Shown here one piece after another: positions 36,137 through 45,909 of a stretch of 64,000 bases of DNA. The stretch is from Spirochaetaceae bacterium (GTDB taxonomy: Bacteria; Spirochaetota; Spirochaetia; Treponematales; Rectinemataceae): positions 908 through 64,907 of the forward strand of contig JAOABY010000006.1 in assembly GCA_026418115.1 (NCBI GenBank), read 5' to 3'. Both the position numbers and the translations under genes were made by a program. Within the stretch, counting starts at the first letter, position 1. Each line of letters opens with the position of its first letter. The notes below the pieces were generated by a model. It saw nothing but the letters and a program-made list of their open reading frames with translations, searched no databases and was not told the DNA's origin.

Positions 36137-37426
36137 ATGATTGTTTCAGTACTTGTAGTCTTCTTTGCCATGCTTGCGATTGGTGTTCCCATTGGCTTCA
36201 CTCTGGGCATTGCAGGAGTCGTCGGTCTGCTTCTGATGGGTAGCGGCGTTGGGCTTCTTTCCATGGCGCCTCTGCAGTATTTCACCGGGCTGGACATGTT
36301 CACGCTGATGGCCATGCCTTTCTTCATTCTGGCTGGCGAACTCATGAACAAGGCCGGCATTACCAAGAGGCTCGTGCATTTTGCGAATGTGCTCGTAGGT
36401 CACTGGAGAGGCGGCCTTGCACATGCCAACATCCTGGCTTCGGTATTCTTTGCGGGCATGACGGGTGCGGCTGTGTCCGATACCGCAGCCATCGGTACCA
36501 TGCTGATACCTGCCATGGTGGATGATGGCTATGATGTGGATTTCTCTGCAGCCGTCACTGCTGCATCCTCAATTATCGGACCGACTATTCCACCATCGAA
36601 CATGATGGTCATCTATGGTTCGCTGATGAATGTCTCCATCGCGGGTTTGTTTGCTGCAGGATTCATGCCGGGCTTCCTGCTGGCGGCATTGCTCATGGTC
36701 ATGTCGGCATATCTCTCCTTCAAGAGAGGCTATCCCAAAGGGCCGAAGCATACCTTCAGACAGAAAATTGCTGCCACACGTGATGCGATCATTCCTCTCC
36801 TCATGCCCATCATCATTCTTGGAGGCATTCTTTCGGGACTGTTCACTCCAACCGAGGCAGCATCCGTAGCTGTTTTCTATGCGCTGATCATCGGATTCTT
36901 TGTGCTCAAGTCGCTCAACCTGAAGGATCTCATACCTATGCTCTCCAAGACGGCAAGAGTCACCGGTACGGTGTTCCTGATCATAGGCACCGCGAGCATC
37001 CTGAGCTGGGTGCTGGCTATCAACCAGGTTCCCCAGGCGATTGCGAGCTTCCTGCTTGCGACCACACACAGCCCCAAGATGGTACTGCTGCTTATTCTCA
37101 TTCTGATGCTCATCGTTGGCATGTTCATGGACATTGCAGCAGCACTCATCATCCTGGGCCCGATTCTTCACCCGATTGCGGTGAGTCTGGGATACCAGCC
37201 TATCCATTTCGGCATTATCATGGTGCTGTCTCTGAATATCGCACTCATGACGCCGCCTGTCGGAGCCTGTCTTTTTGTGGCATGTTCAATTTCCAAGATC
37301 AGTCTCGCCAAGCTTTCCAAGGCCATTTTCCCCTTCATCATCATGGAAGTCATTACATTGTTCATTGTGGCCTATGTACCGGAGATTTCTCTTTTCCTTC
37401 CGAGGCTCCTTGGTTTCGTGAAGTGA
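36137..37426 (+). CDS. TRAP transporter large permease (DctM family)
   Basis: 429-aa polytopic protein with DctM-like motifs (MPFFILAGELMNKAGIT, LIPPS). Confidence 0.9.
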   Translation: MIVSVLVVFFAMLAIGVPIGFTLGIAGVVGLLLMGSGVGLLSMAPLQYFTGLDMFTLMAMPFFILAGELMNKAGITKRLVHFANVLVGHWRGGLAHANILASVFFAGMTGAAVSDTAAIGTMLIPAMVDDGYDVDFSAAVTAASSIIGPTIPPSNMMVIYGSLMNVSIAGLFAAGFMPGFLLAALLMVMSAYLSFKRGYPKGPKHTFRQKIAATRDAIIPLLMPIIILGGILSGLFTPTEAASVAVFYALIIGFFVLKSLNLKDLIPMLSKTARVTGTVFLIIGTASILSWVLAINQVPQAIASFLLATTHSPKMVLLLILILMLIVGMFMDIAAALIILGPILHPIAVSLGYQPIHFGIIMVLSLNIALMTPPVGACLFVACSISKISLAKLSKAIFPFIIMEVITLFIVAYVPEISLFLPRLLGFVK

Positions 37427-37470
37427 TGCGAGCAGAGGCGATTGGTTCAATCAACATACGGCTATATAAC

Positions 37471-37511
37471 AAACAGGGCTGCCTGGCGCAAGGAGCAGGG
37501 CAGCCCTGTTT
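37471..37511. terminator. Bidirectional terminator hairpin between the TRAP operon and the carboxypeptidase gene
   Basis: AAACAGGGCTGCC (37471-37483) pairs perfectly with GGCAGCCCTGTTT (37499-37511). The A/T runs give U-tracts on both strands. Confidence 0.7.
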
Positions 37512-37571
37512 CATATCAAGGGAATGCCTTGAAGCGCATTGTCTGCGCATCAGGTATCATGTGGCGCAGTG

Positions 37572-38849
37572 CTACGCCTGGCCAAGAATGTACGCAAAAA
37601 ACCTCAGTATGCCATCGATCAGGCGCCTGAAAAAGCCGCCACGGGGTATGGTAGTCTGGGCATACAGATCTACTGAGGCGATTTCTTTCCCGGCTACTTC
37701 ATATACTACCTTGCCAATAGGTTGGCCTTCCTGTACCGGTGCCTTGAGGCTCTTTACCATGACAGTGCGGGCCGTCACTGCATCGCGCAAGGCTATGGGG
37801 ACTGTTGCGGCCAGCTGACCACGAGGAACAGCCTGGACTCTTGTGATCTTGCCTCCCCACACGCGTACCGGTTTGGGTTGCAGGTGCTCGGTATAAACTG
37901 TGACAAAATTGCCAAAAGCCCAATCCAGCAGAGCCTTGGTATCTCTCGTGCGGATAGCATTACCGCCAGCATAGCTTGGGCCTGTGCCGCCAAGAAGCAC
38001 AACGAGGAAGCGGGACCCGTTTCTCATCGCTGTTGCTGCAATATTGAAGCCAACTTCAATAATATAGCCAGTCTTGAGTCCGTCTGCCCCTTCATAGCTG
38101 AAAATGAGAGGATTGCGGTTGTACTGAACGATATCACCAGCCGGCACATAGCCCGGTACGGCATGCTCAGGTCTCGGGAATCTGATGGATTTTACCGAGT
38201 GCAGCGAATCAAGTGCCTCCGGATGCTGCCTGATATATTCACTGCAGAATCGGGCAAACTGGCGGGCTGTAACGAGATTCTTCTCAGAAAGTCCGCTTGG
38301 CTCCACAAAGGTGCAGCGATCAAGCCCCATGTCCAGCATCGCCTCGTTCATGAGGGCAGCAAATGCATCATTGGATCCGGCCATTCTGCGTGCGAGCGCA
38401 TAGGCTGCATCGTTCCCGGATACGACAGCCGCACCCAGCATCAAGTCTCTGATGCTGACCTTCATGCCGGGCCGAAGATACATCAGAGAGGAGCCATAGG
38501 GAATGGAAGGGGAACAATCTCTGGCATCTATTTCCACGATTTCATCAGGAGATAACCGGCCGGCTGCTATTTCGTTCTGGGCTATGTGCAGCAGAACCAG
38601 TTTTGCCAGACTCGCCGGTGGCAGTGCCAGATCGGCATTTTTTTCGTAGAGCACGGTTCCCGTCGAGGCGTCAATGAGTATCGCAGCACGGGCATTGACC
38701 TGCGGCGGAGCGGGAATAGCGGCACCAGCCGCAGAAAAAATATCCAGCGTCTTCTGGAATGTGCCATCTCTTGTCTGTGCGCCTGCACCTATGCAGGCCA
38801 GCGCAAGAAAGAGCAGCAGGACAGAACGGTAGTTCTTGAGGTGGTACAT
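37572..38849 (-). CDS. D-alanyl-D-alanine carboxypeptidase (PBP5/6 family, S11)
   Basis: Signal peptide, SxxK (PASLAKL), SxN (VVSGNDAA) and KTG (LKTGYI). Confidence 0.88.
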   Translation of the reverse strand: MYHLKNYRSVLLLFLALACIGAGAQTRDGTFQKTLDIFSAAGAAIPAPPQVNARAAILIDASTGTVLYEKNADLALPPASLAKLVLLHIAQNEIAAGRLSPDEIVEIDARDCSPSIPYGSSLMYLRPGMKVSIRDLMLGAAVVSGNDAAYALARRMAGSNDAFAALMNEAMLDMGLDRCTFVEPSGLSEKNLVTARQFARFCSEYIRQHPEALDSLHSVKSIRFPRPEHAVPGYVPAGDIVQYNRNPLIFSYEGADGLKTGYIIEVGFNIAATAMRNGSRFLVVLLGGTGPSYAGGNAIRTRDTKALLDWAFGNFVTVYTEHLQPKPVRVWGGKITRVQAVPRGQLAATVPIALRDAVTARTVMVKSLKAPVQEGQPIGKVVYEVAGKEIASVDLYAQTTIPRGGFFRRLIDGILRFFAYILGQA

Positions 38850-38864
38850 CGGTCTGCCATCGCG

Positions 38865-40265
38865 TCAGAAATCGGCGAGCCTCGGGGCTCTGGGGAATGG
38901 GATTACATCACGGATATTGGTCATTCCCGTAATGTACAGAAGGAGCCTTTCGAAACCAAGACCGAATCCGGCATGGGGAGTGGAGCCAAATCGCCTCAGA
39001 TCAAGATACCATCGGTACGCATCTTTCGAAAGTCCCAGTTCATCAATGCGTTTCTCAAGCAGATCGAGCCGCCATTCGCGCTCCGAGCCACCGATGATTT
39101 CTCCAAATCGGGGCACCAGTACATCCATTGCGGCAACAGTGCGTCCATCTTCGTTCTGCTTCATGTAGAAAGCCTTGATTTCCTTTGGGTAATCAGTCAC
39201 TACTACCGGGCCGCCCGCAACCTTTTCCGTAAGGTATTTCTCGTGCTCGCTCTGCAGGTCGCAGCCCCAGAATGGTTTGAACTCGAAAGAACCGGCAGCC
39301 TTTTCGAGTTCGCGTACAGCCTCTGTATAGGTCATGTGTGTGAAAGGAGAAGAGACTACTTTTTCAAGGCTTGCAAGCAGGCCCGGCTGGATGCGCTGGT
39401 CGAAAAACTCGAGATCGGAGGCGCAATCCCGCAACGCAACAGCCACCAGATACTGGATGAAATCGGTAGCGAGGGCAATGTTGTCTCTGATGTCGGCAAA
39501 GGCCATTTCCGGCTCGATCATCCAGAATTCGGCCAGATGGCGGGTAGTATTCGAATTTTCAGCTCTGAAAGTAGGGCCGAAAGTATACACCCTCGAAAGC
39601 GCCTGACAGTAGGTCTCTACGTTCAGCTGCCCCGACACCGTAAGATAGGCTTTCTTCCCGAAGAAGTCCTTGTCATAGTCGACTGGTTTGCCGGCTTGTG
39701 CGAGAGCATCGAGATCAAGGGTAGTAACCTGGAACATCGCTCCAGCGCCTTCACAGTCGCTGGCAGTGATAATGGGCGTATGCACATAGTAGAAGCCGCG
39801 TTCCTGGAAAAACTGATGAATGGCAAAGGCCATGCGGTTCCGGACTCGGGCAATGGCACCGAAGGTATTGGTGCGTACACGGAGATGTGCTATTTCTCTC
39901 AGGAATTCCATGCTGTGCGCTTTCTTCTGGAGGGGATAGGTATCTGCAGGGGCGTCTCCAATAATACGCAACGATTCAACAGCTACTTCCGCAGCCTGGC
40001 CTTTTGCAGGCGATGGAACGAGATTACCCTGCGCTATGATGCTGGCGCCTGTAGTGAGCCGTGGCAGGAGGTTTTCCCAGGATGCCCGCTGGGGACTCTC
40101 AGTACCAAGGACACACTGTATATTCCTTAAGCATGACCCGTCATTCACCTCAAGAAAGATAGCGTTCTTGGTTTCACGTTTGGTTCTGAGCCAGCCTCGA
40201 ATCTCCACCTTCTGGCCGGTGGGCTCGAGAGCAAGAATCTGTCGTATGGTGAGAGGAAGGTCCAT
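38865..40265 (-). CDS. asnS: Asparagine--tRNA ligase
   Basis: OB-fold N-terminus and class II motifs, including [21 protein letters not shown] and GFGLGFERL. Start set at Met28 ([11 protein letters not shown]). Confidence 0.93.
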   Translation of the reverse strand: MDLPLTIRQILALEPTGQKVEIRGWLRTKRETKNAIFLEVNDGSCLRNIQCVLGTESPQRASWENLLPRLTTGASIIAQGNLVPSPAKGQAAEVAVESLRIIGDAPADTYPLQKKAHSMEFLREIAHLRVRTNTFGAIARVRNRMAFAIHQFFQERGFYYVHTPIITASDCEGAGAMFQVTTLDLDALAQAGKPVDYDKDFFGKKAYLTVSGQLNVETYCQALSRVYTFGPTFRAENSNTTRHLAEFWMIEPEMAFADIRDNIALATDFIQYLVAVALRDCASDLEFFDQRIQPGLLASLEKVVSSPFTHMTYTEAVRELEKAAGSFEFKPFWGCDLQSEHEKYLTEKVAGGPVVVTDYPKEIKAFYMKQNEDGRTVAAMDVLVPRFGEIIGGSEREWRLDLLEKRIDELGLSKDAYRWYLDLRRFGSTPHAGFGLGFERLLLYITGMTNIRDVIPFPRAPRLADF

Positions 40266-40400
40266 GAATACGCTCCGTACATACTGAGGGTATGCCTTTC
40301 CGGCAAACTCGAAAGAAAGTATACTTCTTTGTATCATGATGGGCATGGCAAGGTCAAATACCGGCTTGCCCTGTACAGCAACGCCACTGGGAGAACTCTT

Positions 40401-40889
40401 GTGCGCTACAATCTTTCAGTTGCCTATATCTTGTGGCTTTTTTCCGGCTTTGGTGCTCTTGGTCTGCATAGATTCTATCTCGGCAAGTTCGGTACTGGTC
40501 TGCTCTGGATGATGACTGGTGGCCTGGGCGGAATAGGAGGGATCTATGACCTGTTCACACTCCCGTCCCAGGTGCGCGAGGCAAACATCGCCTATGCGGC
40601 GCGCGAGGCTCTTGGATATGAAGAACCGGAAGGCATCCGCTACCGCATCGTGACTGCAGCAAAAAAGGAAACACCGGAACGGGCTATTCTTCGCCTGGCA
40701 AAGGCAAATGGTGGCATGGTGACTGCCGGTGAAGTTGCCATAGAGGCAGATATTCCGCTGGAAGAGGCACAGCGTCAGCTCGATGCGCTTGCAACAAAAG
40801 GCATTGCCCAGGTTCGCATACGGAGCACAGGGGTACTTGTATACTTCTTTCCGGAATTCTCAAAGGAAAACGCCGATTTCATCGATTGA
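40401..40889 (+). CDS. TM2 domain membrane protein with a soluble winged-helix-like C-terminal domain
   Basis: AYILWLFSGFGALGLHRFYLGKFGTGLLWMMTGGLGGIGGIYDLF is a TM2 domain. C-terminus: AILRLAKANGGMVTAGEVAIEADIPLEEAQRQLDALATKGIA. Start is either the GTG at 40401 (GGGAGA SD) or the TTG at 40329. Confidence 0.7.
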   Translation: MRYNLSVAYILWLFSGFGALGLHRFYLGKFGTGLLWMMTGGLGGIGGIYDLFTLPSQVREANIAYAAREALGYEEPEGIRYRIVTAAKKETPERAILRLAKANGGMVTAGEVAIEADIPLEEAQRQLDALATKGIAQVRIRSTGVLVYFFPEFSKENADFID

Positions 40890-41856
40890 TGAACAGCACG
40901 CTATCCATGAGACCGCCTGAGATGTGTGGGAAATAATCACGCGAAATACCCTGATTCCAGCGGTTGAGCCCATGATCCATGGCATAGGCGACATAGCTGT
41001 AGGCTTCAATCATGCTCAGAATGCCATCGTGATCGGCATCGCCGTGCATGAAGCCATCGGTATCGATCTGAGCGCTTTCAAGCAGCATGAAGGTAAATAT
41101 CCCGTGGTCTGCATTCATCTCCGGAAAATACTGTTCCCATGCAAGTTCTCTGCTGCCTGCCGCAGACAGTACAAGCGGGGCATTGGAGCCGGATGCGTCC
41201 GAATACTTCTGCATCAATTCTCCAAACCTGAGAAAGAGGTCAACAAGAGTCATCCTGTTGTCCATCGTGTAGTCATCCGGGATTGCATCGAGCGCTTCAT
41301 AGGGATAGACAAAGCCGCCAGAATTGCAGGAATCGAGAATTACCTGTCGACGTGCATAACGGGCCGGCATCGTCTCAAGCCATGCAGCGAGCTCGGCAGC
41401 AGAGATCATGGTGCCATAACTGTTCACATAGTCACTGGGAATGATGAATGCTTCACCTGCATGGTTCGCAGTGCCATGACCTGAGAAATAGAACAGCACC
41501 AGATCAGCGTCAGCGGGGATGCTGAGCAATGCCTGTCTGATGGCTTCTTTCGTAGCTATCCTTCTGGATTCCTCCACTTCGCGGGCAATAAGCCTGTGCG
41601 TGATCCAGCCGCTCCGCTCAAGCAGGTTCGCCATGCTGTCCGCATCGGGTACCGGTCCTCTGAGGTCACTCAGATAGCGGTTGTCAATGTAGTCATTGAT
41701 GCCGACGACAATGGCGTGCATTTTCAATCCAGCAAAATCCGGTGTGGCAGAAGGTGCAGGATCCATCGTACATGAAACGAGCAGCAAGGCAAGCACAATC
41801 AGTGAGCCACTCACGAAAGAAAGGCGATCAGAAATCAAAACGCACCTCCGCTCCAA
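40879..41856 (-). CDS. Exported caspase-family (C14, orthocaspase/metacaspase-like) lipoprotein with an EF-hand loop
   Basis: Lipobox LLVSC (Cys29), FYFSGHG (His127), ILDSCNSGG (Cys177), DADHDGILSMIE (EF-hand loop, nt 41005-41040). Confidence 0.8.
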   Translation of the reverse strand: MERRCVLISDRLSFVSGSLIVLALLLVSCTMDPAPSATPDFAGLKMHAIVVGINDYIDNRYLSDLRGPVPDADSMANLLERSGWITHRLIAREVEESRRIATKEAIRQALLSIPADADLVLFYFSGHGTANHAGEAFIIPSDYVNSYGTMISAAELAAWLETMPARYARRQVILDSCNSGGFVYPYEALDAIPDDYTMDNRMTLVDLFLRFGELMQKYSDASGSNAPLVLSAAGSRELAWEQYFPEMNADHGIFTFMLLESAQIDTDGFMHGDADHDGILSMIEAYSYVAYAMDHGLNRWNQGISRDYFPHISGGLMDSVLFINR

Positions 41857-42409
41857 TGCCTATAACAGCACTCATGCCTCCATCTCTCCAGGCGAACTCG
41901 AGTGGTACGGCGACTCCAATGAGCATATTGTTTCCGATGTGTTCATACAGCATGGATCGAATCCCGCACGACCAGTATGCGGTATAGAGCCACGTTCCCT
42001 GATATCTGGAAAGATTGAGTGCAGGCGACAGCTGAACTGCCAGGTTGCCGGCAACAAGCCTCAGAACAGGGCCAAGGGAAAAGGCAGTCCAGCCTCGATA
42101 TCTTGTGGCATTCGAGAGCCAGTTGCTGGGCCCCTGCATCAACATTCCTCCAAGTACACCTGCCTGTACTGCAGCATTCCTGATGTTCACCACCGTCAGC
42201 AGAAACCCGGCATGTGCCTCGAACCCCGAGTGAAGTCCCTCTTCTCCGCCTGAGATACTGGTTGCTGCTGTTACAGTCGAGGCCGACAATTGTATTGATC
42301 CCAGACCGTACGCTGCAGAAGGCAGAAGCAGCAGGTATGCCATGATGCACACAGAGGGAAATCCAGCAAAGAGTATGCCATTTCTTCCCTTGCCCAAAGA
42401 TGCTCTCAT
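41828..42409 (-). CDS. Small outer-membrane beta-barrel-like protein (hypothetical)
   Basis: Signal-like N-terminus ending AAYG, alternating hydrophobic pattern, and C-terminal ...GAEVRFDF. The stop lies 29 nt inside the caspase ORF. Start uncertain (42409, 42343 or 42532). Confidence 0.55.
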   Translation of the reverse strand: MRASLGKGRNGILFAGFPSVCIMAYLLLLPSAAYGLGSIQLSASTVTAATSISGGEEGLHSGFEAHAGFLLTVVNIRNAAVQAGVLGGMLMQGPSNWLSNATRYRGWTAFSLGPVLRLVAGNLAVQLSPALNLSRYQGTWLYTAYWSCGIRSMLYEHIGNNMLIGVAVPLEFAWRDGGMSAVIGIGAEVRFDF

Positions 42410-42474
42410 AGGTATTGTTGAGTATACTGCAAATAAGGCTCCTGTACACCTGAAATGGAAGAAGGATCGAGACA

Positions 42475-42873
42475 ATGAGGCATGAAAGAGAGTGCCGGAT
42501 ACCTGCCAGTCCCTCAAGGCTTGTCGCATCAATGCTTCTGCTGATTATGGGCATTGGCGTGCTGTCTGCATGCAAGCCTCGGATCGTGCTCCCTCGCGAA
42601 GGAATCTTTGATTCGAAGACCTGGCTGGCAGTTACCGTTCCTTTTGCAGCATTGCGTGACAATCCAGAAGACCATGCCCAGGTCAAAACCCTGCTTCGAC
42701 GAGGCACAGTCCTCCCAATCAGAGAGACGAAGATACAAGGTGGCAGCACCAACATGGGGTTGGCCTGGTATCGAGTCGATTCACAGGGCATTACAGGATG
42801 GGTAAGCAGCTCTGAGGTTCAGGCTTTTTCAAGTGAATGGCAGGCAAGAAAGGCAGCAGCAGGATTGGAATGA
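42475..42873 (+). CDS. SH3b-domain lipoprotein
   Basis: Lipobox VLSAC. ALRDNPEDHAQVKTLLRRGTVLPI...WYRVDSQGITGWVSSSEV fits a bacterial SH3 domain. Confidence 0.7.
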   Translation: MRHERECRIPASPSRLVASMLLLIMGIGVLSACKPRIVLPREGIFDSKTWLAVTVPFAALRDNPEDHAQVKTLLRRGTVLPIRETKIQGGSTNMGLAWYRVDSQGITGWVSSSEVQAFSSEWQARKAAAGLE

Positions 42874-44423
42874 TTGACATGGAATTCTTGAAGCAATGGA
42901 TACTGCCTCCACTGATTGGCGGCATAATTGGCTACTTCACCAACTGGCTTGCCATCAAGATGCTCTTCAGACCTTACCGCGAAAAAAGAATAGCTGGCCT
43001 GCGTGTGCCATTTACACCCGGCATCCTGCCTCGCGAGAGAGACAGACTCGCAGAGAGCCTGGGGGATACGGTTGCAGGAGAGTTGCTGACTCCAGAGGTT
43101 ATCAAGGCAAGGCTCACCTCTCCTGCAATCAGGGAAAGGCTTTCGCATGCTCTGTCGAAAGAACTGAACAAAGTGCTCGCAATGGATGCAGGAACCCTGC
43201 TGTCCCCTTCTCCTGAGCATGCAGCAGACAATACTGGCGAGGAACATGATACGGCTTCCGAAATGTCTGCAATATCATCCATGTTCAGAGGAATCCTCCT
43301 TTCGCACGAGTTCAGCCAGACTCTCGAAAGGTTTTTTGATGCAGTTCTGGACAGGCTGCGGCAGCAGCCACTCGGCAGCATCATTTCAAAAGAGGCATTC
43401 ATCAATGCGATAGCGCGTCTCGCAGAACAGAAAGAGAGTGATGATCAGCATGCATCAAAGCTGGTGCAGGCTCGACTGGCGCGGGCAGCATGGGAACTTG
43501 TTCCTGACTCGGTGGTGCGGGCACTCTCCGATGCTCTGGTCCCCATTCTCTATCGCCATGCATTCCCCGAGTTCATGGCCTATCTTCGGACACCGGAAAT
43601 GCGGGCAAATCTTGAGAGGGAAGCCTTGCGATTCGTTCGCAAGACACTTGACAGACTTGGTTTTTTTCAGCGCCTTTTCATTTCTCTGGCTGGCTATGAC
43701 CGGCAGATCGAACAGAACATGCCTGGCATCATTGACGATCTTCTGGAAGCAATAGGCAAGCTCGGCTCTGACGAAGGAATTCCCGGCAGGCTTTCGGAAG
43801 CATTGTGTGCTGGTCTGGCAGGTCTGCGCAGCGCTGAACCGGTTGCCCTGCATGCATACAGTGCCGGGCAGGAAACGAAACCAGATACGCTGCAGCAGGC
43901 AATGCAGGTCATGGCTGAAGCATTGCATGATGCCCGTGATGAGCTCACCCGAAGAGCAGAGTATGTCTATGGGATGCTGGAGCACATGCGTCTTGGCGAT
44001 GTGCTTGCCAGCATGGCCGATCCTTCCAGACTGGCAGCCGGTTCAATAAGGATTGCGGAATCTCTGAGCAGGGGAGCATCCTCGTCTTCGAATTTTCTGC
44101 TGGTCATGAAAGAAGCTTTGAGGGAAGCGGTACAGGGGCGCACGATTGGCCAGGTACTCGGAGTTGAAGAAGAACAGGTGAACCGACTCGCTGATGCAGC
44201 CACTCTTGCCATTCTCAACGCGATAGCTGAACGCATGCCGGACATAGTACGCTCGCTCGATGTTGCCTCGATGGTTGCTGAGCGAATAGAGAGCCTGGAC
44301 ATGCGTGAACTCGAAAGGATAGTGCTGTCGGTAGTCAAAAGAGAACTTGCGTGGATTACCTGGCTGGGTGGGCTGCTGGGCTTCATGATCGGTGGCATAC
44401 AGAGTCTGATTACTCTGCTCTGA
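42870..44423 (+). CDS. DUF445 family membrane protein
   Basis: LIGGIIGYFTNWLAIKMLFRPY N-terminal motif and matching C-terminal TM (LAWITWLGGLLGFMIGG). ATGA overlap with the SH3 gene. Confidence 0.8.
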   Translation: MIDMEFLKQWILPPLIGGIIGYFTNWLAIKMLFRPYREKRIAGLRVPFTPGILPRERDRLAESLGDTVAGELLTPEVIKARLTSPAIRERLSHALSKELNKVLAMDAGTLLSPSPEHAADNTGEEHDTASEMSAISSMFRGILLSHEFSQTLERFFDAVLDRLRQQPLGSIISKEAFINAIARLAEQKESDDQHASKLVQARLARAAWELVPDSVVRALSDALVPILYRHAFPEFMAYLRTPEMRANLEREALRFVRKTLDRLGFFQRLFISLAGYDRQIEQNMPGIIDDLLEAIGKLGSDEGIPGRLSEALCAGLAGLRSAEPVALHAYSAGQETKPDTLQQAMQVMAEALHDARDELTRRAEYVYGMLEHMRLGDVLASMADPSRLAAGSIRIAESLSRGASSSSNFLLVMKEALREAVQGRTIGQVLGVEEEQVNRLADAATLAILNAIAERMPDIVRSLDVASMVAERIESLDMRELERIVLSVVKRELAWITWLGGLLGFMIGGIQSLITLL

Positions 44424-45807
44424 TCGTTTTCTCGTATTCTGCGCACAGATAGAAGGACCCTGTCACCAGCATTGAGCTTCCTGAAGGCTGAGCATCTGTT
44501 TCGTGTCTGCAGGCTGACAGTGATGACAGGATTGATCGTGCAAGTGCAATTGCATCTTCAGTATCGGGAACAAATCGGGTCTGGGGTGCGTGTTTGCGGA
44601 AGCTCTGAAATACAGCTTCGGGATCGCTCTGTTTGAATGACCCTGGTCTGGTGACGATGATATCATCAAAATGAGGGGCGAGCATGGCAGCCATCTCCTC
44701 ATGGTGCTTGTCAATGGCGCAGCCAAAGAGCAACACTTTTTTGCCGTATCCAGAAAGAGCAGTGAAATCCCGGATGACAGAGGCAATGGAATCGGGAGTA
44801 TGGGCGCCATCAAGTACGACGAGAGGTTTCCGGGATACCACCTCGAATCTTGCCGGAAGGCGTGCCACCATGAAGCCCTTCAGTATCGCTTCTCTGTCTA
44901 TTGGCCTATCGAGGCTCGCAAGCACCAGGACAGCGAGAGCCATGTTATATGCATAGACTGACCCGATAAAGCCTGTCCGTACCGGCATGCCTTCCTCTGA
45001 TAGAAAAGCCTGCAGCGCTGGCGGTGATACTTCGGTAGGCATGAGCATACAGCTTGTGCCTTCCAGCGTCACGCGCACATCCCGTATCTCGATATGTCTT
45101 CCGGCAACCAGCAGGGGTGCTTGCTTTTCTGCTGCCGTCTTCTCTATGACTTCGAGAGCATCATCGTGCCGCTGGAGTGCGCATACGGGGATGCCCTCTT
45201 TGATGATGCCGGCTTTTTCTGCCGCAATCAATGGTATCGTGTTGCCGAGATACTGTGTATGTTCCAGTTCAACAGGGGTGATCGCACAAACGTCAGGTTC
45301 CACAATATTGGTGGAATCCAGTCGGCCGCCCATACCTACTTCTATTACCTGGGCTTGCATGCCAGCGAGTCTGAATGCGCAGAAGCCTATCAGTGTGGTG
45401 AGTTCAAAATAGGTAGGAAGTTCATTGCCAGGAAAATCTGAAGGTGGCTTGCCTGCTACCAGTCGGTATACTTCTTCTGCTGCCTGCAGTATGACTCTAT
45501 CCGGCAATGCTCTGCCTGCGCGGGTAATTCTTTCCTCCCATGACAGGTGGTGAGGCGAGGTGTAGAGCCCGGTAGGAATACCCGAGGCTTCGAGCGCGCC
45601 AGCAATGAGAGTTGCAACCGAACCCTTGCCTTTTGAGCCTGCTACATGGACCGTGAGCCTTCCCAGATGAGGATTGCCGAGTCTCCTGGCAAGCTCGCGC
45701 ATACGATCAAGCTTGAAATCGGTCGACTGTCCTTTCTCGACATTTACGAAGCCAAGCACAAACTCATATACCTGATTGATCGAAGAGAATACGTGCGATT
45801 CCATCAT
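44410..45807 (-). CDS. folC: Bifunctional folylpolyglutamate synthase / dihydrofolate synthase
   Basis: VHVAGSKGKGSV P-loop and Mur-ligase-like middle and C-terminal domains. Start set at MMESHVF (45807). The longer ORF to 45969 has no support. Confidence 0.88.
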   Translation of the reverse strand: MMESHVFSSINQVYEFVLGFVNVEKGQSTDFKLDRMRELARRLGNPHLGRLTVHVAGSKGKGSVATLIAGALEASGIPTGLYTSPHHLSWEERITRAGRALPDRVILQAAEEVYRLVAGKPPSDFPGNELPTYFELTTLIGFCAFRLAGMQAQVIEVGMGGRLDSTNIVEPDVCAITPVELEHTQYLGNTIPLIAAEKAGIIKEGIPVCALQRHDDALEVIEKTAAEKQAPLLVAGRHIEIRDVRVTLEGTSCMLMPTEVSPPALQAFLSEEGMPVRTGFIGSVYAYNMALAVLVLASLDRPIDREAILKGFMVARLPARFEVVSRKPLVVLDGAHTPDSIASVIRDFTALSGYGKKVLLFGCAIDKHHEEMAAMLAPHFDDIIVTRPGSFKQSDPEAVFQSFRKHAPQTRFVPDTEDAIALARSILSSLSACRHETDAQPSGSSMLVTGSFYLCAEYEKTIRAE

Positions 45808-45909
45808 ACCGAGTGTGCAACCTTCCTGCATTGTGGTCAAGCCATGCCGGCTGCTCTCAAGGATGCTCCTCAGACTGCCGATACCAAGAGCGAGGTGCAT
45901 GCATTGGTT

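Noticed and set aside
38586-40130. 514-aa ORF on the + strand
   Set aside because: It lies entirely antisense to asnS, which has unmistakable class II aaRS motifs. Its translation is Arg/Ser/Cys-rich with no motifs. It is a typical long shadow ORF.
40879-42532. Possible bacterial gasdermin plus caspase-like protease defence pair
   Set aside because: Gasdermin systems have a cytoplasmic pore-former and a cytoplasmic protease. Here the protease has a clear lipoprotein signal (LLVSC). The upstream protein has a signal-like N-terminus and an OM-barrel-type aromatic C-terminus. I saw no gasdermin-like features.
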